A stretch of 53,677 bases of DNA from the NCBI GenBank assembly GCA_050250255.1, contig JBFWOZ010000019.1, forward strand, positions 1 to 53,677, given 5' to 3'. Below are positions 18,194 to 27,834 of this stretch, piece after piece. Positions within the stretch are counted from its first letter, which is position 1; each line of letters starts with the position of its first letter. Below the pieces are notes generated by a model that worked only from the letters and a program-made list of their open reading frames with translations, had not been told where the DNA came from and did not search any database. The translations under genes and the position numbers were made by a program. Source of the DNA: Bdellovibrionales bacterium. GTDB taxonomy: Bacteria > Bdellovibrionota > Bdellovibrionia > Bdellovibrionales > DASUEL01.

Positions 18194-19195
18194 CTATTGT
18201 AATGGAGTTTGTGTCCACTTCGCCATTCCGTTACAGCAACCCTCGTAGGCGTCTCCTGCTGTTCCCCAGCTGGGACGATTTGCAGCTCCAGGACCGCAAG
18301 ATTCCACAACGTCAAATACGACAGAAGCAGGTGAATGTTCTTGAGGACATCCTGAGCCACCACAATACGAAATTGTGTCTCCATTCACATCGCCCACATT
18401 TCCACGAACGTAGTTAAAGCCCCAGCGGTTATCACCGGTTTGGGCTCTTAAACGTCTTACAAGTTCTTTTGTAAATGCATTCCAATTGGGATCTTCATTG
18501 GCGTTTCGTGCGCACGATTGAATGAGGTCTGGCCTTTCATTGGCTAGGTCTGCAACCACGCTTCGATAGTCGCCAGGAATTTGAATGCCTTGGCAGAGAG
18601 AAGCAAGTGCAGGGTTCGAAGCGCAAGCGCCAGGTCCGCTACCACCCGTTGTACCGCCGGTACTTCCACCGGTCGTGCCACCTGTGGAGCCTCCGGTAGT
18701 TCCTCCGGTGGTTCCACCCGTTGAGCCACCTGTCGTTCCACCCAAGTTCACTAAGTTCACTTGTACGCGTGTTTTACTTTGAGCAGCTCCAGATATTTGT
18801 TTTCCGTTTTTATCAATTCCGTAGATGTCGGCGTAGACGGTGATCTGCGAGTATTGGGATAAATTATAATTACCAACAGGAATGTTCAGGAAAAAACGTC
18901 CCTTGTTACAACCAGGTTGCAATGTGCCCGATACAAGTTGTCCAACGTTAAAATACCACTCGAGTCGTGTCGAAGGATAGTTGGCTGTTGTACAAGTTCC
19001 ATCAAGAGAAAGTGTAGCTTGAGTTGTGGAGATGCTTTGGCTCGAATAGGTAAAGAGCGCGCCAAGTTGATTTGGATTAAGAGCGGCCTTAGAAGATTTT
19101 TTTGTGACGCCCATTTCGCTTTGACAGTTTTGCATCAACACCACCAGCGCGGTGAGTACGAGCATCAAACCTGTAGAAACAAAAGCCTTTTTCAT
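18194..19195 (-). CDS. Lipoprotein with Gly/Thr linker and Cys-rich C-terminal domain
   Basis: Lipobox-like ..LVVLMQNC, beta-rich N domain, GGTT/GGST repeat linker and Cys-rich C domain. Confidence 0.8.
   Translation of the reverse strand: MKKAFVSTGLMLVLTALVVLMQNCQSEMGVTKKSSKAALNPNQLGALFTYSSQSISTTQATLSLDGTCTTANYPSTRLEWYFNVGQLVSGTLQPGCNKGRFFLNIPVGNYNLSQYSQITVYADIYGIDKNGKQISGAAQSKTRVQVNLVNLGGTTGGSTGGTTGGTTGGSTGGTTGGSTGGTTGGSGPGACASNPALASLCQGIQIPGDYRSVVADLANERPDLIQSCARNANEDPNWNAFTKELVRRLRAQTGDNRWGFNYVRGNVGDVNGDTISYCGGSGCPQEHSPASVVFDVVESCGPGAANRPSWGTAGDAYEGCCNGMAKWTQTPLQ
18635..18742 (-). repeat. Coding repeat, nine GG[T/S][T/G] tetrapeptides
   Basis: GGTTGGSTGGTTGGTTGGSTGGTTGGSTGGTTGGSG. Confidence 0.85.
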
Positions 19196-19223
19196 AACAC
19201 CCCTTAAAGGTTCTCTTCTAGCC

Positions 19224-19250
19224 AGATCGGATTTTTGAGACGAAATCTCA
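19224..19250 (-). promoter_or_regulatory. Possible sigma28 (FliA) promoter
   Basis: Minus strand TGAG-N15-TCCGATCT, compared with consensus TAAA-N15-GCCGATAA. Confidence 0.4.
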
Positions 19251-19365
19251 ATAAAAATCGTTACTGGGTGAAGAGTTTTTCTCGCTTTGAGACACTTTTA
19301 AAAAATAAATGAAAATTGAACCCCTACGAGGAGAAAATGCAAAAAAATGGCCAGCAAAGAAAGTA

Positions 19366-21600
19366 TTAAACGCGGTCTAAGCGAGCGAATTTGACTGCAA
19401 ACTTTTTAAGTGTGCTGTTATTAAACAGTACGGTCACTCGCTGTTCGGTGCCATTGCCCTCTGTACTGTGAATGACGCCCACCCCGAAGATAGGGTGACG
19501 TACGCGCATCCCACGCTCATATCCATCCGACATTTCGTCTTGATGGACCTGGCTCTCCTCTTCGGAGTAGTGAGTGCTGTAAGAATCTGATTCTATACGA
19601 GAGAAACTTGTCATTTTCTGGAAAATTTTTGGTGTCGAAATCGCGCTACTTTTTTGAATAAATTCGGTCGGGATTTCGGCAATAAAACGGCTCGGTGGAA
19701 AGTGCTCTTCCACCCCTCTTAAAAAACGCTGCCTGGCGTGAAGTAAATAAAGTCGTTTTTCCGCACGAGTCATTCCTACGTAACAAAGACGTCGTTCTTC
19801 TTCGGCGGCCGTAGGATCGAGAGAGTCAAAGCTCTGGCGAGAAGGGAGGAGTCCTTCTTCTAAACCCACCATAAAAACGTAGGGATATTCTAAGCCCTTA
19901 GAAAGATGAAGGGTCATCATGGTGACGGTGGGAACGTTTTCTGCGACTTCCCCTCGATCTGTCACAAGTGCTAATTCTTCAAGAAAATTTTGGAGTGTGG
20001 CTTCGGTTCCGCGTTCTTTTTCAAACTGGATAATGGCGCTTCGGAGTTCGCCCAAGTTTTCTAATCGTACTTGTGACTCTACGGTGTCTTCAGCCTGCAA
20101 GGCCTCAAGATAGCCTGACTTCTCGGCGACGAGATCATAAATTTCTATGAGAGTCTTTCCGGGAATTTCGACTTGGACGTCTTCAATGATTTTGGAAAAG
20201 GCCAAGATCGCTTTGGTCGCATTGTTATTGAACTCCTTATTTTCGGTAGCCCACTTTACGGCCTCTAGCATAGTAATATGTTTCACCATGCTGATTTGTT
20301 CGAGACGTTCGGTAGTAGTTTTACCGATGCGCCGAGTGGGTTTGTTGATGATTCTTTTTGCAGCCAGATCATCTTTGGGATTCAAAATCAGTTTCAAATA
20401 GCTGATGAGATCTTTCACTTCCATGCGGTCGTAGAACTGTGTTGCTCCCACGAGTTTATAAGGGATTTGAAACATTCTCATCTGATCTTCAAGAACGCGA
20501 GATTGAGCGTTAGTTCGGTAAAAAACTGCAACATCACTATGTTGAGCATCGCCATCTTGTACGAGTGACTGAATTTCTCGACAAACAAACTGCGCCTCTT
20601 TATGTTCATTAAATTCTTCGCGTAAACGGATCAAATCGCCTACAGTGTTTTCCGAAAAAAGCGTTTTGTCTTTACGTTGCGTATTGTTTCGAATGAGATG
20701 AGAGGCGGCATTTACAATTGTTTGGGTGGAGCGGTAGTTTTGTTCTAACTTTACAACTTGAGCGTTAGGGTAGTCGGCTTCAAAATTGAGAATGTTGGTA
20801 ATGTCCGCACCACGCCAACTGTAAATGCTTTGGTCTTCATCACCCACAACGCAAAGATTTTGGTGACCCTTGGCTAAAATATTTAAAAGCAAATATTGAA
20901 TGTGATTTGTATCTTGATACTCGTCCACGAGAATGTATTTGAAGCGTTCTCGGTAAGCCTCTAGCACTTTTGGATGTTGCCGGAAAAGTTCCACGGTTTT
21001 TAAGAGGAGATCTCCAAAATCAAGCGCGTTGGCTTTCTTCATGGTTCTCTCGTAAAGTTCGTAAACTTTCAGATTTTTTTCATCAAAAAAGTTCAAAGAT
21101 TTTTTCGACATTTCTTCTGGGGTCAAAGCCTGGGTTTTTGCTTCGTTAATGCGGGCCTGAAAACTTTTAGGGGGATAAATTTTGTCGTTGAGTTCAAGGG
21201 ATTCGCAAACTTTTTTTATGACGGCTAATTGTTCTGAGTCGTCATAAATCACAAACTGTGGTTCGTAGCCGAGGAGTGTGATGTGATCGCGTAAGATGCG
21301 AGCGCAACTTGAGTGAAAGGTGCTAATCCAAGGTTTTACGGTTACAGGAATTTGCATTTCGTAGAGCAAATTCATCGTACGTTCGAGCATTCCGCGCGCG
21401 GCTTTATTAGTAAATGTGACCGCGAGAATTTCGTCAGTGCGTGCGGCACCCTGTATAATCAAATTTACGATTCGATAAGTGAGAACACGAGTTTTACCAG
21501 AGCCCGCGCCGGCTAAAATCAAAAGCGGTCCGTTTAAGCATTCCACCGCTCTGAGTTGCTCAGGATTGAGTTTGTTTTCAAAATTGGCAGGTATGCTCAT
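19366..21600 (-). CDS. uvrD: ATP-dependent DNA helicase UvrD/PcrA
   Basis: LAGAGSGKTRVL, TFTNKAA, VDEYQDTN, VGDEDQSIYSWRGA, LEQNYRST, KGLEY and EEERRLCYVGMTRA motifs, plus Tudor-like C-terminus (VRHPIFGVG). Confidence 0.95.
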   Translation of the reverse strand: MSIPANFENKLNPEQLRAVECLNGPLLILAGAGSGKTRVLTYRIVNLIIQGAARTDEILAVTFTNKAARGMLERTMNLLYEMQIPVTVKPWISTFHSSCARILRDHITLLGYEPQFVIYDDSEQLAVIKKVCESLELNDKIYPPKSFQARINEAKTQALTPEEMSKKSLNFFDEKNLKVYELYERTMKKANALDFGDLLLKTVELFRQHPKVLEAYRERFKYILVDEYQDTNHIQYLLLNILAKGHQNLCVVGDEDQSIYSWRGADITNILNFEADYPNAQVVKLEQNYRSTQTIVNAASHLIRNNTQRKDKTLFSENTVGDLIRLREEFNEHKEAQFVCREIQSLVQDGDAQHSDVAVFYRTNAQSRVLEDQMRMFQIPYKLVGATQFYDRMEVKDLISYLKLILNPKDDLAAKRIINKPTRRIGKTTTERLEQISMVKHITMLEAVKWATENKEFNNNATKAILAFSKIIEDVQVEIPGKTLIEIYDLVAEKSGYLEALQAEDTVESQVRLENLGELRSAIIQFEKERGTEATLQNFLEELALVTDRGEVAENVPTVTMMTLHLSKGLEYPYVFMVGLEEGLLPSRQSFDSLDPTAAEEERRLCYVGMTRAEKRLYLLHARQRFLRGVEEHFPPSRFIAEIPTEFIQKSSAISTPKIFQKMTSFSRIESDSYSTHYSEEESQVHQDEMSDGYERGMRVRHPIFGVGVIHSTEGNGTEQRVTVLFNNSTLKKFAVKFARLDRV

Positions 21601-21712
21601 AAGCTGTACACCTTAACGCTTTTAAATCTCGGAATTTGGGTCCTATCTTACTTTGTTCATGGCCTTTAATTTGCTCATAAACGAAGTGTCTAAACCCATA
21701 AGGATATAACCC

Positions 21713-22975
21713 ATGCAGAAGCCGACAGCCAAGCTCATTATGATGATTTACTTGGGCTTCATCTTGAGCGCCTGCAATACCATGAAACCCTTGGGTTCTG
21801 GGCCTTTCAAGGTGCAGATTCCATGGGCAGAACGTGGGCAGGATTACTCCATCCAGCAAGTCGAAATTCACACTCTCAAAGATGTGGTTCGAATGGAGGG
21901 AGACGCCGCGACGATTCGGGTGAATCAACAATCGGATTTGCGTCCACCTGAAGCACATTTTACGCAAGTTTCTGAAGGTATAGTGATTCCAACGGACCCG
22001 TTAAGCGCACAGCTTTTCGCGGTGTATGCTCACATGGAAAGACTTCTCTCGTTGGAATCCGAATTAGGAATTGCCCAATTTATTCCGCGACCTCGTTTGG
22101 TCAGCATTGAATCCAAAATCATCTCCGAAGACACGCGAGAAAGAATTTTAGATAATGCCACTTTTGTTGGTTCTTTAGATCTTCTCGCGGTGATGCCGAT
22201 TTCGACGAATAGTCTTCCGATTACGATGAATGCGGGAGTGCTAGCGCACGAACAGTTTCACGCGATTTTTTATCATCTCATGCTGAAAGATTTAACAGCA
22301 GCCGATTTGAGAAATATGGATTTGATTAAAGATGAGTGGGGGCCAGAAAAAAAAGATTATGCTCTTGAATTAAAAACCTTAAGAGAAAGACCCGCAGCAG
22401 TAGAGACGCAAACGAACGCTGTAGATGTGGTTGAAGTGAGCCAAAAACAAATCGAAGAAAATCGTATGTACAATAACCTGTTTATTCTTCAGGCCCTCAA
22501 CGAAGGATTTGCAGATTTTTGGGGCTGGCTCTACTCGGGAGATAGTAATTTTATTGTTCGTTCCATTCCTGATGTAAGAACTCATCGAGAAATCAAAGTT
22601 CAAACAAGGTCACTTCCTACAGAAGAAGAGATTCAGCGACTGCTAGGTAAACCCAATAAAGAAGTTTATCGATCCATGGCTTATTTCTTGGGAACTTCTT
22701 ACGCCACTATTTTAAGAGGTATTGCGGAAAGAGAGGGACGCTTCGAGGCGGCTCAAGTTCTTCTCGCTTCGCTAAAGAATATTAAAAATATTTGGACTAA
22801 GTTAGATCATAAACAGAAGCTCTCACCCCAAGTCATATACGAAATCCTCTTTGGTACGAGTGGGGAAATGACGGTTCAGCGTTGTTGCTCTATTTTAAAG
22901 TCTTTGCATACCAATGATATTCGTACCTCAATCACCCTCAAGCGCTGCGAAACAGTGAGGGATCAGTGCCTTTAA
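21713..22975 (+). CDS. Lipoprotein, gluzincin-type zinc metallopeptidase
   Basis: Lipobox LSAC, HEQFH (HExxH) and downstream ALNEGFADF third-ligand motif. Confidence 0.75.
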   Translation: MQKPTAKLIMMIYLGFILSACNTMKPLGSGPFKVQIPWAERGQDYSIQQVEIHTLKDVVRMEGDAATIRVNQQSDLRPPEAHFTQVSEGIVIPTDPLSAQLFAVYAHMERLLSLESELGIAQFIPRPRLVSIESKIISEDTRERILDNATFVGSLDLLAVMPISTNSLPITMNAGVLAHEQFHAIFYHLMLKDLTAADLRNMDLIKDEWGPEKKDYALELKTLRERPAAVETQTNAVDVVEVSQKQIEENRMYNNLFILQALNEGFADFWGWLYSGDSNFIVRSIPDVRTHREIKVQTRSLPTEEEIQRLLGKPNKEVYRSMAYFLGTSYATILRGIAEREGRFEAAQVLLASLKNIKNIWTKLDHKQKLSPQVIYEILFGTSGEMTVQRCCSILKSLHTNDIRTSITLKRCETVRDQCL

Positions 22976-23496
22976 GAATTCTTTTTTTCATCATGTTGAC
23001 GGTTGCTGTGTCGGCTGAGGCCCAGACTTTTTTGTATTTAGGAAAAGGATTTCGTAACGAAAATAATCCTACGGGAAGTGGTTCAACTGCAAGAAATCCG
23101 CTGTGGTTAGGTGGCGGTTATCTTTTGGAGAATGTGGGTCTTGCCTCGGATCTCATGTACTTTAGTCATCAGTCGAGCGCCTCCTATTTGACGGTGAAGA
23201 CAGAGCAATATGAATGGATGCTCTGGCCACGGTATTCCCCGTTTGGTCTCAGGACATGGTTTCCTTTTGTGGAAGGTGGAGTGGGGCTTCAACAAACGAT
23301 TGTGGAGACAGATTTTCTCTCTCAGTCGAATAAAAGCTACAGCGTGCTCTACGGGGTGTTTGGTATGGGCTTAGGTATTTGGAATTCGGTTTACAAGGGG
23401 ATTTCGGTGGGTGCTCATCTGCGAACTCAGTGGAGACCAAAGACGTCTCCACAATTTACTTATGATTTATTAGGGGTTGTTGGCTATCAGTTTTGA
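22966..23496 (+). CDS. Small outer-membrane beta-barrel protein
   Basis: Signal peptide (AEA-Q), PFVEGGVG strand and C-terminal GYQF. Confidence 0.75.
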   Translation: MPLRILFFIMLTVAVSAEAQTFLYLGKGFRNENNPTGSGSTARNPLWLGGGYLLENVGLASDLMYFSHQSSASYLTVKTEQYEWMLWPRYSPFGLRTWFPFVEGGVGLQQTIVETDFLSQSNKSYSVLYGVFGMGLGIWNSVYKGISVGAHLRTQWRPKTSPQFTYDLLGVVGYQF

Positions 23497-24281
23497 GTCA
23501 CACGTGTGACGATAGCCGCTTTAATATCAGGTTGACCGAGAAGTTTCTTTTTATTCACTTCTGCTTCTTTTGATGTCGTATAAAGACCAACATTGACGCG
23601 GTACCAAGGTTTACCTTTGATATCTGCAGCCACGTAAAAAGCGCTAAAGCCTTTTTCTTTGAGAGACTTTGTATGTTCTACGGCGTCAGCCTCAACTCCG
23701 TACGAAGCAAGTTGAACTGTGTATTTACCGGAAGCATCGTTAACGGCTTTCAAAGGAAGTGCCGAAGGTTGTCTCTTCTCATGAGTTTCTTTGGGTGCAG
23801 TAGGCATTTCGCCCATAGCTACTTTCGTAGCCGCTTTTTCTGCAGCGTGAACTGGCTCGTGTTTTACAGCTTCATGCTTTTCAGCGTGTGCTTCTTTGTG
23901 AGCGGGTTCGCTGTGATGAGCCACCACTTTTTCCTCATGAGCAGCTTCTTTATGCTCAACCACTTTTTCATGTTCTTCAGCGTGAGCTTCACCTTTAGGC
24001 TTTGTGAACTCTTCTTCCAGAGAAGTGATGTCTTCATCTGTCAAAGCGTCTGAAGGAGTGACATCCATGCCGGTGGGATCGACAGAAGCAGGATCACGAT
24101 TAGAATCTTCGTACTCTGCATCTCCGCCCTCTAAGGCCGCCATTTTGTATTGGCTATCACTGAATTGTTTTCCGACGAAAGTTCCAACGGAAAATGACAA
24201 AAGTGAAATGAAAAAAATCAAAACAAGTTTCACCATGGTGTCTGTTTTCGCTGAACCTTTGGAATTTAAACCCCAGCTCAT
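23487..24281 (-). CDS. SPOR-domain membrane protein (FtsN/DedD-like) with His-rich linker
   Basis: Single TM helix. C-terminal YTVQLASY...WYRVNVGLY...EAE SPOR motif. Confidence 0.88.
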   Translation of the reverse strand: MSWGLNSKGSAKTDTMVKLVLIFFISLLSFSVGTFVGKQFSDSQYKMAALEGGDAEYEDSNRDPASVDPTGMDVTPSDALTDEDITSLEEEFTKPKGEAHAEEHEKVVEHKEAAHEEKVVAHHSEPAHKEAHAEKHEAVKHEPVHAAEKAATKVAMGEMPTAPKETHEKRQPSALPLKAVNDASGKYTVQLASYGVEADAVEHTKSLKEKGFSAFYVAADIKGKPWYRVNVGLYTTSKEAEVNKKKLLGQPDIKAAIVTRVTQN

Positions 24282-24359
24282 CTTCTTCTCCCGTGTGCAA
24301 ATTGATTTACATCAATTTTAAATTAAAGCGCGATCGTAAAACGCTTCTTCCCTAATATT

Positions 24360-24386
24360 ATATCGTCAGTTTCCTGAAATAAATGA
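24360..24386 (-). promoter_or_regulatory. Possible sigma28 promoter for the SPOR gene
   Basis: Minus strand TCAT-N15-GACGATAT. Confidence 0.35.
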
Positions 24387-24584
24387 CACCTTTAGACTAT
24401 CGTCAAATATAAAACTGGTCAAATTGAAGCAGTGGCTCATGGAGGGTCTAGTCGAGGGGTGCTTACAGACCTTTGACCAGTCAGAAATATGTCCTGACAT
24501 GGCGGTCGAGTCAAAAATTAGATGCCATAGAAACGGTTTTTTTACTCGGAAATCATTGAGGAGACTCCCATACAGTGAAAATCG

Positions 24585-24601
24585 TTGGCACTTGAGTTGC
24601 T
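24585..24601 (+). promoter_or_regulatory. Sigma54 promoter of the fliL operon
   Basis: TTGGCACTTGAGTTGCT, essentially the consensus TGGCAC-N5-TTGC. Confidence 0.85.
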
Positions 24602-24670
24602 CTTGGGATGGTTATCGAACACGAGGGAAAAGTGTTCGCACGAACTGACTTAGACTCAAGGAGGGGTAAC

Positions 24671-25213
24671 TTGGCAGAACAAAAGGCAGCAGCGCCTGCA
24701 GAACCTACAGCGGAGAAACCGGTCGAGGCGAAAGCCCAGAAGCCCATTCTTTTCATTATTCTCTCTATCGTTAACATGCTCGTGGTTGCTGGCGTTGGCG
24801 TCATGCTCTACTTGGGAAAAAAGAAAGAAACAGCCCAGCCTACTATCGAAGACGTCATAGAAGGTGAACATCACGCTCAGGCTCATGAAGGTAAGCAAGA
24901 AGAGGAATTTATCGGAACTATGATTCCGATGGAAACGTTCCTTGTGAACTTAGCAGGCAGCCGAGGCGGAAAACTCGCCAAAGTAAATATGGAATTAGAA
25001 GTTGATGGGGCTAAGGTCCAGGAAGAAATCGAAAAGCGTAAGCCTCAAATTCGAGACATTATCATCACACTTTTATCGAGCAAAACCTATGAGCAAGTTT
25101 CCACTAAAGAAGGAAAAGAGGCTTTAAGAGAAGATGTTCGAGACACAGTGAATTCCTTTTTAACAAAAGGAAAAATTAAAAAAATCTTCTTTACGGAATT
25201 TATCGTTAACTAA
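24671..25213 (+). CDS. fliL: Flagellar basal body protein FliL
   Basis: TM helix, FLVNLA, PQIRDII and IFFTEFIV motifs. TTG at 24671 follows a GAGGGG RBS. Confidence 0.92.
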   Translation: MAEQKAAAPAEPTAEKPVEAKAQKPILFIILSIVNMLVVAGVGVMLYLGKKKETAQPTIEDVIEGEHHAQAHEGKQEEEFIGTMIPMETFLVNLAGSRGGKLAKVNMELEVDGAKVQEEIEKRKPQIRDIIITLLSSKTYEQVSTKEGKEALREDVRDTVNSFLTKGKIKKIFFTEFIVN

Positions 25214-25227
25214 CGGGGGCTAATAAA

Positions 25228-26220
25228 ATGAGTCAGGTGCTTTCACAAAGTGAAGTTGATGCTCTTTTGGCGGCGGTTTCGGACGGCGAGGTCGCTGGCG
25301 GTGATGCTGGTGGGGGAGCCGGGGCTGTAAAAGAAGACAAAAACGTCGTTGTTTATGATCTCACAACGCAAGATCGCATTATTCGTGGGCGTCTACCTCA
25401 ACTTGATGTGATTTATGAAAGATTCATGCGTGCCTTTCGCGTGTCTCTCTCCTCGGCCCTAAGAAGGATCGCGACCTTAAACCATGCGAGCACAGATTTT
25501 CTAAAATTTGGCGAATTTATTAATACCTTACCGATGCCAACATGTATGAGTGTTCTTCGTTTCAACGCCCTTCGTGGTTCAGCACTTTTTGTCATCGAAA
25601 GTAAGCTGACATATTCTCTTGTAGATAGTTTCTTTGGTGGTACAGATGTGCCTTACACAAAAGTCGAAGGGAAAGATTTTACCCCAATCGAATTGTCTAT
25701 CATTCGTCGAGTGGTAGAACTTGCCATCACAGATTTAGAAAACGCATGGTCCTCAGTAGCAAAAATTGATTGCGGGTTTGTGAGAACAGAAGTGAATCCA
25801 CAATTCGTGGGTATCGTTCCACCTACGGATGTCGTTATCGCAACAACATTTGACGTGGAATTAGAAAATACGAACGGCACGATTACCTTCGTAATTCCTT
25901 ACGCCACGATTGAACCGATTAAACAAAAATTATCCTCAGGTTTCCAAGTGGAAGCAGACCAAACAGATAAAAAGATTTGGTCTTCCATCATCAAAAATCA
26001 GCTTTTAGATACAGAAGTAAACCTACATGTGAATTTAGGTGAATCTGAGATCACGTTGCGAGAACTCATGGGATTGAAAGTGGGGGATGTGATTCCTCTC
26101 GATCAAGATGCAACAGGTGAATTCGAAGTTAAAGTAGAAGAAGTAAAAAAATATAAGGGCTACTACGGAGTGAATCACGGAAACGTCGCAGTCCAAGTAA
26201 CAAAGTTAATAGATCGCTAA
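25228..26220 (+). CDS. fliM: Flagellar motor switch protein FliM
   Basis: LSQSEVDALL CheY-binding motif, FFGG, EVNPQF and SpoA domain. Confidence 0.96.
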   Translation: MSQVLSQSEVDALLAAVSDGEVAGGDAGGGAGAVKEDKNVVVYDLTTQDRIIRGRLPQLDVIYERFMRAFRVSLSSALRRIATLNHASTDFLKFGEFINTLPMPTCMSVLRFNALRGSALFVIESKLTYSLVDSFFGGTDVPYTKVEGKDFTPIELSIIRRVVELAITDLENAWSSVAKIDCGFVRTEVNPQFVGIVPPTDVVIATTFDVELENTNGTITFVIPYATIEPIKQKLSSGFQVEADQTDKKIWSSIIKNQLLDTEVNLHVNLGESEITLRELMGLKVGDVIPLDQDATGEFEVKVEEVKKYKGYYGVNHGNVAVQVTKLIDR

Positions 26221-26230
26221 GGGGGAAAAA

Positions 26231-26632
26231 ATGAGTAATGAAGCAATAAAGCTTGCAGAAGATCCAGCAGCTGCAGCCGGTGTGACGGATGTTCCACCTA
26301 CATCTCCAGGAGATGCAAGTGGTGGAGGCGGAGATGGAGCGAACGGTCCAGCCCTGAAAGCTGAGAAAGAGGGACGTAACCTCGATCTCATTTTAGATAT
26401 CCCACTTCGCGTTACGGTCGAACTAGGGCGAGCGAAAATGGTGGTTTCGGAGCTTTTAAATCTCAGTCAAGGCAGTGTCATTGAATTGAGTAAGCTTGCA
26501 GGAGAACCGCTAGAAGTTCTCGTGAACGACAAACTTGTTGCACGTGGTGAAGCCGTTGTTGTGAATGAAAAATTTGGTGTTCGCTTAACAGATATTATTT
26601 CGCCAGCAGAACGAGTGAATCAGTTGAAGTAA
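26231..26632 (+). CDS. fliN: Flagellar motor switch protein FliN
   Basis: LDLILDIPLRVTVELG...GEAVVVNEKFGVRLTDI. Confidence 0.96.
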   Translation: MSNEAIKLAEDPAAAAGVTDVPPTSPGDASGGGGDGANGPALKAEKEGRNLDLILDIPLRVTVELGRAKMVVSELLNLSQGSVIELSKLAGEPLEVLVNDKLVARGEAVVVNEKFGVRLTDIISPAERVNQLK

Positions 26633-26658
26633 TTGGACAAAGTCATCGGGGGTGGATC

Positions 26659-27834
26659 TTGTTACGCTTTCTTATAATAATGAATTTCATGGCTATGGGC
26701 AGTGTTGCTTTTGGTACGCCCATTTTGAAAACAACGAAAGCCTATCAAGACAAAAGTGGTCTCGTTGTTGAATTTCGTTTTGACTCTTTGGTAGATGAAA
26801 AAACTCTTTCCCTCGAGTTTATCAATAACACCATTCAGCTCAACATTCCCCAAGCAAAAGTGATCCCTTCAAAGCAGAATACGAAAATTCCTGGAACAAA
26901 TATTCGCAATATCTACACTTATCAAGCGAGCGACGAACTCGCTCGCAGCCGAGTGATCTATACAAAAGATATTGATGTGAATTCTTTTAAAGATCGTACC
27001 ATTCTCACGGCAAACGGCCCTATCGTATCACTCCGAATTTCTAACGAAGCTGTGACAAAAGCGGTTGAAGCAGAAGCTCCTGCAAAACCACCCACTTCTT
27101 TAGAAATGGCGGAAGTAGCGCCAATTGCTGAAGACAAATCCCTTGAGCTTTTGAGTCAGGAATTGGGACAAAACACAAAAGGCCTTGTTTCTAAAGCCGA
27201 ATCGGAGCTCTCAGAAGCAAATATTTCTCTAAATAAAGATTCCGAGCAAGCAACTACTGAGGAGGCTGAAGCAATTTCTGCTGAGGTTGCGGCTACAACA
27301 GAGTCCGCAGCGACAAAAGCAGAGAGTGAAATTCCGGTCATGCAAGCGGAAGGGAAGAGAGAGAGCTCAACTCCTCAAACTCCTTGGAATCGGATGATGA
27401 TAGGAATTGGAGTTTCGGGGATTTTGTTACTAGGTTTAACTTTATTTATGAAAAAATACTGGCGTCAAAATGGTGTACCTAATAAACACACAAATATTCG
27501 TATACTTACACAGCACCATCTTGGACCAAAGAAAAGTTTGGCAATCATCCGTGTCGCTGGTGAGTCTATGTTAATTGGAATTACCGACCAAAATATCAAT
27601 TTGATTAAACCGTTATCACTTTTGGATGAAGAGATTCCAGAGGAAATTGCAGAACCTTTTGCAGCTGCACTCACTCAAAGTGAAAGAAATGTTTCCGATA
27701 GAATTTCCTTTACTGCAAAACCGCTTTTGACCGCTTCGAAAGAAGAGATGCAGCCTGAACAAATTGAAGGGTTCACAATGCGGGGTCTCAAGGATGTGGT
27801 TTCGCAAAAACTAAAGGGTATGAAAGAGATATGA
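26659..27834 (+). CDS. fliO: FliO with large N-terminal periplasmic (AMIN-like) domain
   Basis: Lies between fliN and fliP. TM helix followed by LGPKKSLAIIRVAGESMLIGIT. Confidence 0.85.
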   Translation: MLRFLIIMNFMAMGSVAFGTPILKTTKAYQDKSGLVVEFRFDSLVDEKTLSLEFINNTIQLNIPQAKVIPSKQNTKIPGTNIRNIYTYQASDELARSRVIYTKDIDVNSFKDRTILTANGPIVSLRISNEAVTKAVEAEAPAKPPTSLEMAEVAPIAEDKSLELLSQELGQNTKGLVSKAESELSEANISLNKDSEQATTEEAEAISAEVAATTESAATKAESEIPVMQAEGKRESSTPQTPWNRMMIGIGVSGILLLGLTLFMKKYWRQNGVPNKHTNIRILTQHHLGPKKSLAIIRVAGESMLIGITDQNINLIKPLSLLDEEIPEEIAEPFAAALTQSERNVSDRISFTAKPLLTASKEEMQPEQIEGFTMRGLKDVVSQKLKGMKEI

